Virus record (IMG/VR): IMGVR_UViG_3300010224_000009
Length of the DNA: 20,000 nucleotides
Source: an uncultured virus (IMG/VR IMGVR_UViG_3300010224_000009)
Lineage: Duplodnaviria; Heunggongvirae; Uroviricota; Caudoviricetes
Strand: one strand, 5' to 3'
Made by a program: the position numbers and the translations under genes. The notes below the pieces were generated by a model that did no database searches, was not told the DNA's origin, and saw nothing but the letters and a program-made list of their open reading frames with translations. Shown here one piece after another: positions 8,104 to 15,952 of this stretch. The first letter of the stretch is position 1, and each line of letters starts with the position of its first letter.

Positions 8104-8261
8104 TGCTGTATTTTCTGGTACTGATCACAAACGTAGGGATCACTGTGGTCCCTGAGCCGTACACGCTGGAGGCCTGCGAGCAGGCGGCTAAGGTGTGGGA
8201 GCAGAAAGGTATGCGCAGCCATGCATGCCTCCCTTGGTCCGATGACGCCAAGAGAGATTGA
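8103..8261 (+). CDS. Small hypothetical protein
   Basis: TGATG coupling; MLYFLVLITNVG...TLEACEQAA...ACLP. Confidence 0.65.
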   Translation: MLYFLVLITNVGITVVPEPYTLEACEQAAKVWEQKGMRSHACLPWSDDAKRD

Positions 8262-8460
8262 ATATTGGGAAATGTGGCGACGCTGGCGGGAACTGACCAA
8301 GTACCGCAAGAAATGGCCTGACCGATATTTCAGTCCAAGCAGCCCGATGCCGAGGAAAAGCCCCAAGGGTGAGTTCCGCAAGCGACAATATCGGTCCACT
8401 GGAATGCAGAAGTATTTCAAGGACCGCAACTATTTCCATGAGAGCGAGGGAATATTCTAA
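8242..8460 (+). CDS. Small basic Arg/Trp-rich protein
   Basis: Coupled to the next gene by TAATG; start uncertain. Confidence 0.5.
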   Translation: MTPREIEYWEMWRRWRELTKYRKKWPDRYFSPSSPMPRKSPKGEFRKRQYRSTGMQKYFKDRNYFHESEGIF

Positions 8461-8753
8461 TGGACGCGCAGAAGATTTCGGAAGCAGCAAGCACGATGAA
8501 GAAGGCCGAGTATGCGCTTGGCTGGTTCCAGCGGGAGCGGGACGCGCTCAGCGCTATCAGGCTCGATACTAAGGGTCAGATTACTTCCGCGCCGGGGCAC
8601 GGAGAGGCCAAGGGATATCTCCAGGAAGCCATGCGCAAGATGGGTCCGGATATTCTGACGCTGGCCAAGTCGCTTGCCGAGATTGACATTGCAAACTCCA
8701 AGGCGACCATTCGTCAAGAAGCTGGTGGCGGCACCGAGGACGGCGGGCTGTAA
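8460..8753 (+). CDS. Hypothetical protein
   Basis: TAATG coupling at both ends; GAGG RBS. Confidence 0.75.
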   Translation: MDAQKISEAASTMKKAEYALGWFQRERDALSAIRLDTKGQITSAPGHGEAKGYLQEAMRKMGPDILTLAKSLAEIDIANSKATIRQEAGGGTEDGGL

Positions 8754-9007
8754 TGCCGCTGACCCTGCTGGAACTGACCGCCGCTAAGGTCATGCTAGAT
8801 AACGGCCTCAATCCGTGCTACCATGGCCACTTGGATTGGGTCTCTGCTGGCTGCGGCAATTGCGGTTGCCACAAGGATGCCGCTTGCTCTGTGCCGGTGT
8901 ATCGCTGCACCGTTTGCGGCGACAGTGACTACGGCGACAACGAGGAAGCAGACGAGCAGCGCCGGATTTGCGGCGAGCTACACGGCAATTATCTTGACGA
9001 GGAATAG
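8753..9007 (+). CDS. Cys/His-rich putative metal-binding protein
   Basis: PCYHGH...CGNCGC...CSVPVYRCTVCGDSDYG...C. Confidence 0.75.
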   Translation: MPLTLLELTAAKVMLDNGLNPCYHGHLDWVSAGCGNCGCHKDAACSVPVYRCTVCGDSDYGDNEEADEQRRICGELHGNYLDEE

Positions 9008-9319
9008 ATGAAATACATAATGTTTGAAGACGCAGAAGGCAGGAAGATGCCTGTTATCTTTCCTGAACTTCTGGTTCATGCTGATGTAGCTAAGGTCATT
9101 CAGCGGGCAATGCCAAATCCAGTGAAGATCAAGTCGGCGGGTTTCGTGATCCTTGGGGCAGACGTCCATACCCACGGCGAAAGCGAAACGCTCGGTGTAA
9201 AAGGCCGCGACATTGACGCGGCTTATATCGTTTCTGGCGATGCCGGGGCATACATGCCAGAAATGATGGTCGAGGGTATCTTGAAGACGATAAGGTCGCG
9301 CAATGCAAAAGGAAGATAA
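9008..9319 (+). CDS. Conserved hypothetical phage protein
   Basis: GAGG RBS; MKYIMF...PVIFPELLVHADVA...SAGFV...GESETLG. Confidence 0.8.
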   Translation: MKYIMFEDAEGRKMPVIFPELLVHADVAKVIQRAMPNPVKIKSAGFVILGADVHTHGESETLGVKGRDIDAAYIVSGDAGAYMPEMMVEGILKTIRSRNAKGR

Positions 9320-9509
9320 GTGCATCTGCCAGTACGACGACTGGCATAACGGCTTTGGTGACAAGAACACGATCCTGCATCGCGGCATGCGGCTGACGGT
9401 CAAGGGCGTGAAGAACGTGGCCGGTGCGCCGTTCTATGCGTTCCATGAGACGCCTGACGACAACTGGTTTCTGGCCTCCGGGTTCTTGCCGCTGCGGAAC
9501 CTGAACTGA
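9303..9509 (+). CDS. Hypothetical protein
   Basis: 68 aa; coupled to the next ORF by TGATG. Confidence 0.65.
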   Translation: MQKEDKCICQYDDWHNGFGDKNTILHRGMRLTVKGVKNVAGAPFYAFHETPDDNWFLASGFLPLRNLN

Positions 9510-9688
9510 TGGACGATGACGTCGTAGAGGCGATGGCGCTTTGCAAAGCCCTTGGGGTCCAGGTCAGGGTTCGGGGCACCGACGAAAGCCCCAAGGTGGT
9601 ATTTACCGACGCCAAGACTTTGAAGCTGGTCGGCACAATTGAATTTAACGCGCGGATGAAGCGCTATAAAAGGAGCGAGAAACTGTGA
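9509..9688 (+). CDS. Hypothetical protein (59 aa)
   Basis: Hand translation MDDDVVEAMALCKALGVQVRVRG...KRSEKL; TGATG and GTGA overlaps at its ends. Confidence 0.65.
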   Translation: MDDDVVEAMALCKALGVQVRVRGTDESPKVVFTDAKTLKLVGTIEFNARMKRYKRSEKL

Positions 9689-10401
9689 CTGAAAAACTCC
9701 CGTTCAAGTATGCCTATTGCTGCAATGGGTCGACCGTATATTGCGATTGCGCAAAGCCGAACCATGGCGAGGCCATGATGACAGCAGCGGAGGCCCTTGG
9801 CGGGAACTACGAGGCCGTTCCGGCAAAGCCCGAGGAGCGCGGCCCGCAGAACCCGGTGCATTCGGCGTATTCGATCACGTTCAATTATCGGAACTATCGC
9901 GGCGAGGTTGCGGAGCGTCGGGTCCATCCTATCAAGATTTGGTACGGCCTCAGTGACTATCACCTTGCGAATGGTGCGCAGTGGTTCTTGCAGGCATATG
10001 ATCCGACCAAGGGTGAAGATCGTGACTTCGCACTGAACGATATTATTGGCAGCGCTCGCATCGAAGAAAAGCTACCGGCACCGAAGGAGGACACCATGAT
10101 CCTCGACGAGAGCGGGCGCATGATCCGGGTCGGTGACATTGTGGCCATGGACACTGAGAAACCGTTTCAGGAAATGCACGGGACTTGGTGCCAGTATGTT
10201 GTCGAGAAAGCGCCAGCGGGCTACCGTTTGGGGTATTGGCTTTCACAGAAGGGGCAGGTGCTCCCCAAGGGCTATTCCGGAGGCTACATGTCAGACCATA
10301 TCATGGATGCAGAAGACAAGGCCCTCAAGCAGATGATCTTCTCCACTGTGCCGGTGCGCTCTCGGAAGCTGCGTGTTATCGGGCTGGCAAGCGATGGCTA
10401 G
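9685..10401 (+). CDS. WYL-domain protein with N-terminal Cys cluster and C-terminal beta domain
   Basis: ITFNYRNYRGEVAERRVHPIKIWYG...QWFLQAYDPTKGEDRDFALNDI is a WYL signature; RBS GGAGCGAG at 9672. Confidence 0.8.
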   Translation: MTEKLPFKYAYCCNGSTVYCDCAKPNHGEAMMTAAEALGGNYEAVPAKPEERGPQNPVHSAYSITFNYRNYRGEVAERRVHPIKIWYGLSDYHLANGAQWFLQAYDPTKGEDRDFALNDIIGSARIEEKLPAPKEDTMILDESGRMIRVGDIVAMDTEKPFQEMHGTWCQYVVEKAPAGYRLGYWLSQKGQVLPKGYSGGYMSDHIMDAEDKALKQMIFSTVPVRSRKLRVIGLASDG

Positions 10402-10633
10402 TGCCAAGGTCGACGTTTCTGTCGCCATGTTGCGGGAGATAATCACGCTGTTTAAGGTGGCGGGGATATTCATCGACGGTAGCGCCGAGTGCCCGATGCC
10501 GAACTGCGTGCGGCTAAAGATCTCCGGGATCATTGTGCCCCAAGCCGAACTGGTGGACTGCGCAATCAAGCATGAGGTCACCGAGCAGAACTTCTACGGG
10601 ATAAAGGTGGAGTTCTCAATTCTCCAGAAGTAA
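10394..10633 (+). CDS. Hypothetical protein
   Basis: 8-nt overlap with the WYL gene; last ORF before the non-coding gap. Confidence 0.65.
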   Translation: MASAKVDVSVAMLREIITLFKVAGIFIDGSAECPMPNCVRLKISGIIVPQAELVDCAIKHEVTEQNFYGIKVEFSILQK

Positions 10634-10689
10634 AATCCGTTTTGCGATTTCGGTAGAATAAAAATCCGTTTACCGATTTCGCTAGAATA
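10632..10689. repeat. Tandem pair of 29-bp units, each with dyad AAATC-N8-GATTT; 10655-10689 is identical to 19740-19774
   Basis: AAAATCCGTTTTGCGATTTCGGTAGAATA (10632-10660) and AAAATCCGTTTACCGATTTCGCTAGAATA (10661-10689). Confidence 0.9.
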
Positions 10690-11026
10690 GTAATGGAAAC
10701 AACTGATGGAGTAGTGCATGCGGTAATTCATTATTGAATGCTCAAATATATAGGCCCGTCATCGTCAGTTTTAATATGGCGGGCCGCTCCATCCTCTGCA
10801 CTTACCCGGTTTATCCTACAGTTGAGCATGGCAGCGCCGCTCCTGGACCGTGGCCCCAAGGTAAATTAACGCCTAATCTCTCCATCCCTATGGTCGACAC
10901 GCGCAGAGGCCAGCCAGCCCGCCGCAGCCGTGCAACCGCCTGCCGCGCCGCCGCCAGCGCCAGCACAGGAGCGCGGGAGATGGTTAAAAAGAGAATAAAA
11001 GTTTAATAAAATGCAATCGATACAAT

Positions 11027-11180
11027 TTTATTAAAATGATAATAAACTTTTAGACAAATTTGACGCAAATTTTAATTAAATCAGCTTAAAATTTTAGACA
11101 AACTTTAGTAAAGATTTAGTTAAATCTGCATAAAAATTTAGACAAATGCTTGACAAATTTTAATCAATTTTGAGCGTTAA
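11027..11180. repeat. AT-rich degenerate tandem array, 44-bp period built from 11-bp subunits
   Basis: TTTAGACAAA at 11049, 11093 and 11137 (exactly 44 apart). Intervening 11-mers such as TTTAATTAAAT, TTTAGTTAAAT and TTTAATCAATT are in register. Confidence 0.85.
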
Positions 11181-11226
11181 CCATCCTGAGGATTTCGCTT
11201 GCCAAGCGATGAGTTCTGTGTATGGG
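11177..11226 (+). promoter_or_regulatory. CtrA-like box plus sigma70-type promoter
   Basis: TTAACCAT (11177)-14 nt-TTGCCA (11199)-16 nt-TATGGG; TTGC lies in the short dyad TCGCTTG-C-CAAGCGA. Confidence 0.55.
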
Positions 11227-11374
11227 CCACGCTGTTCTGGCGATTAGTTAAAGTTTTAAACGATCATCCCTATATATATAAAGTCAAATTTCCGCCGCTT
11301 GGGGCGCGCCAGAAGTTTTCTCCCAATGAATACAGGCGCTTAGGACAAAAATGCAGAAAGGTCGCATTTTTCTG

Positions 11375-11402
11375 TTGCATTACTCCGAGGACCGTTTATA
11401 AC
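11375..11402 (+). promoter_or_regulatory. Sigma70-type promoter for the 11460 gene
   Basis: TTGCAT-16 nt-TATAAC, preceded by the dyad AAAAATGC...GCATTTTT (11347-11371). Confidence 0.65.
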
Positions 11403-11459
11403 GATGGTCATTGGTTCACAACGAACCCGGACTTAACCCAACCAAACGGAGCATCGGCA

Positions 11460-12426
11460 ATGACAGACGCAGCAAACAGCACCGCAGTAGCAACGATTGC
11501 ACTTTTCCTCGGCATGCAGGGCGACAAGCTCAAGGCTTTCACGGACCGCGAAACGGCAGTGGCCGACCTTGGCGGCGAAACCGCCCTTTACACGACCGCC
11601 GCTGAACTGGCCGACACCAACGATGTGCCGCNNNNNNNNNNNNNNNNNNNNNNNNNNNNNNNNNNNNNNNNNNNNNGTGCCGCTGGCCGCGATTGTGAAC
11701 GCATACAATCAGGTCGCCGGTTCCAAGAACAAGGTGCGCGGCTTCAAGGACCGTGCAGCCGGTTCCACCGCCCTGTTTGGCGTCCTCGAAGACATGGTGC
11801 GCAAGCAGCAGCAGAGCGAAGGCCAGAGCGAGACCGAAAAGCTGGCAGCGGCCGTGAAGAACGAAAAGCCGAAAAAGGAGAAGAAGGAAAAGGCCGCTGG
11901 CACCGGCGAAGGCCGCTCTTCCCCGCTGGCCAAGAAGTTCTGGAGCCGCAGCGGCAACGCCATTAAGGGCCGACGCCTTGGTGGCACCGGGGTCGGCATC
12001 AACGCCCTCCAGTACATCATCAAGAACCCCGGCGTTTCGACCGAGGACTACCTTGCCAACAGCGGCGGCGGTCGTTTTGTCGACCTGCAGTATGACCTTG
12101 ATTACGGCAACATTGTTGAACTGAAGGGCGCAACCCCGGAAGAACGGCAGGCCGAAATTGAGGCGCTGGCTGAGCAGCGCAAGGCAGCGGAAGCCGCCGA
12201 GGCCGAAAAGCAGGCCAAGGCAGAGGCCGACAAGAAGGCCAAGGCTGAAAAGGCTGAGGCCGACAAGAAGGCCAAGCAGGAAGCCAAGGCCAAGGCCGAC
12301 GCCGAGAAGAAGGCTGCTGCCGACGCCAAGGCCAAGGCCGACGCGGAAGCCGCTGCCAAGCCGGAAGGCGAGACCGCCCCGGCTGAGGGCGAGCAGGCCC
12401 CGGCCACCGAGGGCGCAACCGCCTAA
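11460..12426 (+). CDS. Hypothetical protein with Ala/Lys/Glu-rich repetitive C-terminus, interrupted by an assembly gap
   Basis: GGAG RBS, ATG 11460 (MTDAANST...). GTGCCGC lies on both sides of the N run; collapsing it gives one 915-nt frame (304 aa) reading ...TNDVPLAAIVNAY... with AEADKKAK repeats. Confidence 0.75.
11632..11676. other. Assembly gap (45 N)
   Basis: Run of N flanked by a duplicated 7-mer GTGCCGC. Confidence 0.95.
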
Positions 12427-12430
12427 ACGG

Positions 12431-12492
12431 TTAACCATATCGTTGACAAAGGGACCCGGCCACTTGCGCCGGGTCTTTTTATTTGGTAGGGT
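12431..12492 (+). terminator. Intrinsic terminator overlapped by a CtrA-like box and promoter
   Basis: Stem GACCCGGC/GCCGGGTC (12453-12475) plus TTTTT; TTAACCAT at 12431; TTGCGC (12464)-17 nt-TAGGGT (12487). Confidence 0.75.
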
Positions 12493-12521
12493 CAACTTGT
12501 CTTAACAAAGGAGCGAGACAA

Positions 12522-12722
12522 GTGGACAGAGAAAAAGACTTTGTAAAGGTGCCCGGTTACAGGCATGCCGGACATAAGTACGGTCTAATGCAAGTGCGCA
12601 TTGAACCGTTTAAGGTGGTTATGTCGGCGGACTTTACTGACGTGACCGACATGGTCATGCGGCATAGCAAGCGCGACAGTTTGATAGCTGCGGCGCGCCG
12701 CAAGCTGGACAAAGCCGCCTAG
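12522..12722 (+). CDS. Hypothetical protein (66 aa)
   Basis: GGAGCGAG at 12510, GTG 12522. Confidence 0.7.
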   Translation: MDREKDFVKVPGYRHAGHKYGLMQVRIEPFKVVMSADFTDVTDMVMRHSKRDSLIAAARRKLDKAA

Positions 12723-12749
12723 CGACGGCCTACGCCTATTGAGGTAGGG

Positions 12750-12807
12750 GACCCGGCCATGTGCCGGGTTTTCTGCTGTTGTAAAAGGCAAGCTATTTTG
12801 GTAGGGT
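12750..12807 (+). terminator. Second copy of the terminator/promoter module
   Basis: GACCCGGC-CATGT-GCCGGGTTTT; TTGTAA (12779)-17 nt-TAGGGT (12802); shares TTTGGTAGGGTC with the first copy. Confidence 0.65.
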
Positions 12808-12830
12808 CTAACTGGAGCAGTGGAGCAGGC

Positions 12831-13061
12831 ATGTCAGCACCCGTAACAGAGACCGCCATAGCGGCCCGCAGAGCAGCGCGGCCCCTTGGCTGGTACTACC
12901 GCACCCCGCGCACCTGCAAACACAATATGAGGCCGTCTCTGGCGGTCCCTGCGCATGGCCTGCCTTGCCACTTGGGGCGCGCACCGGTTGTTAACTTCTC
13001 GTTAACCATTAGGCAAAGGAACCGTTTTATTGGGGTTGCATTGGAGAGCGAAAGGGACTAG
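12831..13061 (+). CDS. Doubtful hypothetical protein
   Basis: GGAG RBS and ATG 12831 after a predicted promoter, but the 3' part overlaps the next CtrA box and promoter. Confidence 0.3.
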   Translation: MSAPVTETAIAARRAARPLGWYYRTPRTCKHNMRPSLAVPAHGLPCHLGRAPVVNFSLTIRQRNRFIGVALESERD

Positions 13062-13064
13062 GTT
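12991..13064 (+). promoter_or_regulatory. Full CtrA consensus site plus promoter of the DUF932 gene
   Basis: TTAA-CTTCTCG-TTAACCAT (12991-13009); TTGCAT (13036)-17 nt-TAGGTT (13059). Confidence 0.7.
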
Positions 13065-13114
13065 CATTCTCGTGAACAACACGGGGACGGTCCCCAAAGC
13101 TAGGAGTTAAGACA

Positions 13115-14059
13115 ATGGTTGCAGCAGTTCAGAGCATGGCATATTTCGGCGAGACCCCGTGGCACGGCCTCGGGACCAAGCTGCCGGAAGCGGTAGGCGT
13201 GGATGAAATGACCACGGCAGCAGGGCTCGACTGGAGCGTTGCGCAGCACCCTATGTTCATCGAGGTTGAGGGCACGGACGGCAAGTTGGTGCGCAAGGCA
13301 ATCCCGAACAAGGTGGCCGTGACCCGCGAAGACACGCTGGACATTTTGTCGGTCTCAAGCACCCAATGGAAGCCGTTCCAGAACCGCGACCTGATGGAAT
13401 TTTTCCGGGACTACGTGGAAGCCGGGGCGGCAACGCTGGAAACGGCTGGCGCGCTGCGCGACGGGAAGATCATTTGGGCGCTGGCCAACATTAACAAGGG
13501 CTTTACCCTGAACGGCAGCGACCAAGTGAACGGCTATTTGCTGCTGAGCAACAGCCATGAACCGGGGTCGGCCATCCGCGTAATGACAACCATGGTGCGT
13601 GTGGTTTGCCAGAATACGCTGAGCCTTGCCCATAGCGGCGGGCAAGACATGTACCGGCAGAGCCACGTTAAGGCCCGCGAAGGCGTGGAACTGCACAAGC
13701 TGGAAGCCGAGGCGCTGAACTCGCTCAAGTTGTCGGCCTTTGATACCCTGCGCACGCTGGCCAAGCATTTCCAGCCGGAAATGGCAGGCGACGAGGACGT
13801 CAAAATTCTGCAGTACAACCCGGACGCGCAAAGCCCGGTATTTGCCGATGTGCTGCGCAGCGTGGTATCTGCACCGGGCGCAATCCCGGAAACCGCGTGG
13901 GGCTTGCTGAATGGCGTAACCCATTGGGCGGACCACGTTGCAGGCCGGTCGTCGTCGGCGCGCATGCTGGATAGCACCTTTGGGCGCAAGGCCAAGATCA
14001 AGCTTGATGTCCGCAAGGACCTGCTGGAAATGGCCGATTACACAAGGGAACTGGCATGA
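13115..14059 (+). CDS. DUF932 family (phage/plasmid TIGR03299-like) protein
   Basis: MAYFGETPWHGLG...AGLDWSV...ETAGALRDGKIIWALA...YLLLSNSHE...VRVVCQNTL...TAWGLLNGVTHWADH. Confidence 0.9.
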   Translation: MVAAVQSMAYFGETPWHGLGTKLPEAVGVDEMTTAAGLDWSVAQHPMFIEVEGTDGKLVRKAIPNKVAVTREDTLDILSVSSTQWKPFQNRDLMEFFRDYVEAGAATLETAGALRDGKIIWALANINKGFTLNGSDQVNGYLLLSNSHEPGSAIRVMTTMVRVVCQNTLSLAHSGGQDMYRQSHVKAREGVELHKLEAEALNSLKLSAFDTLRTLAKHFQPEMAGDEDVKILQYNPDAQSPVFADVLRSVVSAPGAIPETAWGLLNGVTHWADHVAGRSSSARMLDSTFGRKAKIKLDVRKDLLEMADYTRELA

Positions 14060-14355
14060 TCAGGACAAACGGCAGTAAGATTAGATTAGCCGGGGTTCAT
14101 ACCCCGGCTAGTCGCCTGCACCGGGTAGGGCAGGAGCAGAAGGAAGTGTTAACCATGTGGATTGATGAGGCCTCCAGCATTGACGAAAATGTTTTGGAGG
14201 CCTTGCAACGTAAGGCGGAAATTGCTATCAGAGATCATGTCAAGTGGAACATGAGGGCGGAAATTGAGCAGGCGATACAGAGGACAAAGGGTCCACAATC
14301 CCCAAGGGCCGAAAGAGGACCCGAGGGCGACAGAGGCCCTGAAAGGGACATTTAA
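14056..14355 (+). CDS. Hypothetical protein (start 14056 or 14155)
   Basis: ATGA overlap at 14056; alternative ATG 14155 lies within TTAACCATG. Confidence 0.45.
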   Translation: MIRTNGSKIRLAGVHTPASRLHRVGQEQKEVLTMWIDEASSIDENVLEALQRKAEIAIRDHVKWNMRAEIEQAIQRTKGPQSPRAERGPEGDRGPERDI

Positions 14356-14439
14356 GCGGGAAAAGGAAGTGCAAGGAAAGCCAGCCTTGGACTTTGTTAA
14401 GCGGACCGACGGGGTCTGGGAACTGGCAGGAGCGAGAGC

Positions 14440-15030
14440 ATGAGAGTTTTGTTGAAGCCCGGCGAAACCCTTGAAGTAGGGTTTTATGAGGACGAGCCAG
14501 ATTTGGCTGGCGCGTGGAATGCACTTGATGGAAACTTTACCATTGAGTTTGAGGCCACCATGGAAGGCGTGACGGCAGGCGCAATCCGCATTCATGCCGA
14601 CTACCCGGATAGCACCGGGCGAGAGGGGCTGATTTACGAGGAAATTTTCGGCCACCCCGGTCCGAAAGAGGCGGCTTTCTACGAGGCCATTGACCCGCCT
14701 GCGGAGCAGCCTGTGAGCGCCGAAATGCAAAAGGCGATGGACGAGGCCATGCGGGAAAGCGCTGAGCGGCCCGTGCCTGCCTACTGGCGGCAAACGCAAG
14801 CGGAGAAGTTGGCAGGCGACGCCATTGTGGCGCGCAACCTGCGGGAAAAGTTCAAGCCGCATTTGGACAACTGGACCGACGACACTGCGCTTGCGGACCA
14901 GTTTGAAGTTTTCCGCACAAGCACGGAATTTCTGGAGCGGGGCGAAGACGCCTTCCCGGCATGGCTGGAGCCGGTCGAGCCGGAACCGGGCGAACATGCG
15001 GAAGTGATTGACGCTTTAAAGGATTGTTAA
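14440..15030 (+). CDS. Acidic hypothetical protein
   Basis: GGAGCGAG at 14429; 196 aa, Glu/Asp/Ala-rich. Confidence 0.75.
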   Translation: MRVLLKPGETLEVGFYEDEPDLAGAWNALDGNFTIEFEATMEGVTAGAIRIHADYPDSTGREGLIYEEIFGHPGPKEAAFYEAIDPPAEQPVSAEMQKAMDEAMRESAERPVPAYWRQTQAEKLAGDAIVARNLREKFKPHLDNWTDDTALADQFEVFRTSTEFLERGEDAFPAWLEPVEPEPGEHAEVIDALKDC

Positions 15031-15034
15031 CCAT
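15016..15034 (+). promoter_or_regulatory. Full CtrA consensus site at a gene junction
   Basis: TTAA-AGGATTG-TTAACCAT; overlaps stop 15028-15030 and start 15033. Confidence 0.6.
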
Positions 15035-15473
15035 GGCCTCAATAACGCACCTGCGGGTTATCTTTCCGCTTGGCTTTTCCTACCGCAACATGATAAAGAC
15101 CTTCTGGAGCGAAAAGGAAGGTTGCCTCATGGGTGAGGTACTGCACAAGAACGATTACTGGCTGGAAGACGTTATGACCCCGAACTTTGCCCCGGACATG
15201 GAAGTCCATGTCGGGGTGGAGCGGGAGCCAGAAGCGGATATTTTCGGCAAGCTGGTCCCCTGCCCCGCGCAAGGCATATTGCGGGGCGAGTTCTGCGCAT
15301 GGACCCCGCTGGAACTTAACCCGCGCGCCGGGAGCGGTGGATGGGGCTGGCTGGCCTTCCGCCTGCGGTACGATATGCAAGAAGGCCCGGAAATATGGGA
15401 AGCAGATTGGGCTAAGGTTTACACCACCGGCCAAGCCCCGGCTTTCTACTATGCCTTGGAGGGCAAGGAATGA
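15033..15473 (+). CDS. Hypothetical protein
   Basis: ATG 15033 after AAGGA; Trp-rich; coupled to the next ORF. Confidence 0.65.
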   Translation: MASITHLRVIFPLGFSYRNMIKTFWSEKEGCLMGEVLHKNDYWLEDVMTPNFAPDMEVHVGVEREPEADIFGKLVPCPAQGILRGEFCAWTPLELNPRAGSGGWGWLAFRLRYDMQEGPEIWEADWAKVYTTGQAPAFYYALEGKE

Positions 15474-15673
15474 AACGGGCGGTAAAGGCAATGGATTTTG
15501 TTGAAGACGACCCTTGCCCCAAATGTGGGGGCAAGCTATGGGTCGTTGATACAGACGGCATTGCCGCAAGCCCGCCTAGATTTTGGCTGCTATGTGCCGG
15601 GTCCGGCGGCGACAAGAATTGCGTGGAGACCAAGCCAATACCGGCCGATATGGAGGTAATTGGTGGCACGTAA
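15470..15673 (+). CDS. Small zinc-ribbon protein
   Basis: GGAGG RBS, ATGA overlap; CPKCGG...LLCAG...NCVET. Confidence 0.7.
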   Translation: MKRAVKAMDFVEDDPCPKCGGKLWVVDTDGIAASPPRFWLLCAGSGGDKNCVETKPIPADMEVIGGT

Positions 15674-15866
15674 GAGCAGGATGCTGGAGCGGCTGGCCGA
15701 ACGGGGCTATGCCGCCAAGGCAGAGCAAGAGGCGTTTAAGATTGGTTATCGTAGGGGCTTTGAAGGGAAGCCCCGCGTGGCCGCACTGCTGGCATTGAAG
15801 GACTACCCATGCGCCTATAATGCCGGGTATCATGAAGGACATGGGGACAGCGGCAGGCTGATCTAA
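15663..15866 (+). CDS. Small protein with RMF-like GY..G..G...C.Y..GY.EG motif
   Basis: GGAGGT RBS at 15652; AFKIGYRRGFEGKP...PCAYNAGYHEG. Confidence 0.6.
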   Translation: MARKSRMLERLAERGYAAKAEQEAFKIGYRRGFEGKPRVAALLALKDYPCAYNAGYHEGHGDSGRLI

Positions 15867-15869
15867 AAA

Positions 15870-15948
15870 TTAACCATAAAGACTGAACCTGCTTGCAAAT
15901 GAGGACAGAGCGGCTAATGTGAAGTCACTGGCGAACACAAGGAGCGAG
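15870..15948 (+). promoter_or_regulatory. CtrA-like box, promoter and GGAGCGAG RBS
   Basis: TTAACCAT (15870)-15 nt-TTGCAA (15893)-16 nt-TAATGT (15915); GGAGCGAG at 15941. Confidence 0.7.
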
Positions 15949-15952
15949 AGCC

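Noticed and set aside
10632..10689. 29-bp repeats as a CRISPR mini-array
   Set aside because: The units are directly adjacent with no spacers, there are only two per locus, and no cas genes are in the window.
10734..11006. 90-aa ORF in the non-coding gap
   Set aside because: TTG start without a clear RBS, low-complexity GC tract, and it ends in the AT-rich regulatory array.
11199..12426. Programmed frameshift or pseudogene between the 11199 and 11497 frames
   Set aside because: The frame change coincides with an N gap of estimated length flanked by a duplicated 7-mer; an assembly artefact is the simpler explanation.
12150..12426. TolA or histone H1 homology of the Ala/Lys-rich tail
   Set aside because: Similarity is limited to low-complexity composition; there is no N-terminal membrane anchor or TolA C-terminal domain.
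14155..14200. WIDEASSI as a Walker B motif of a helicase or terminase
   Set aside because: The ORF is under 100 aa and has no Walker A motif; at most a fragment or chance match.
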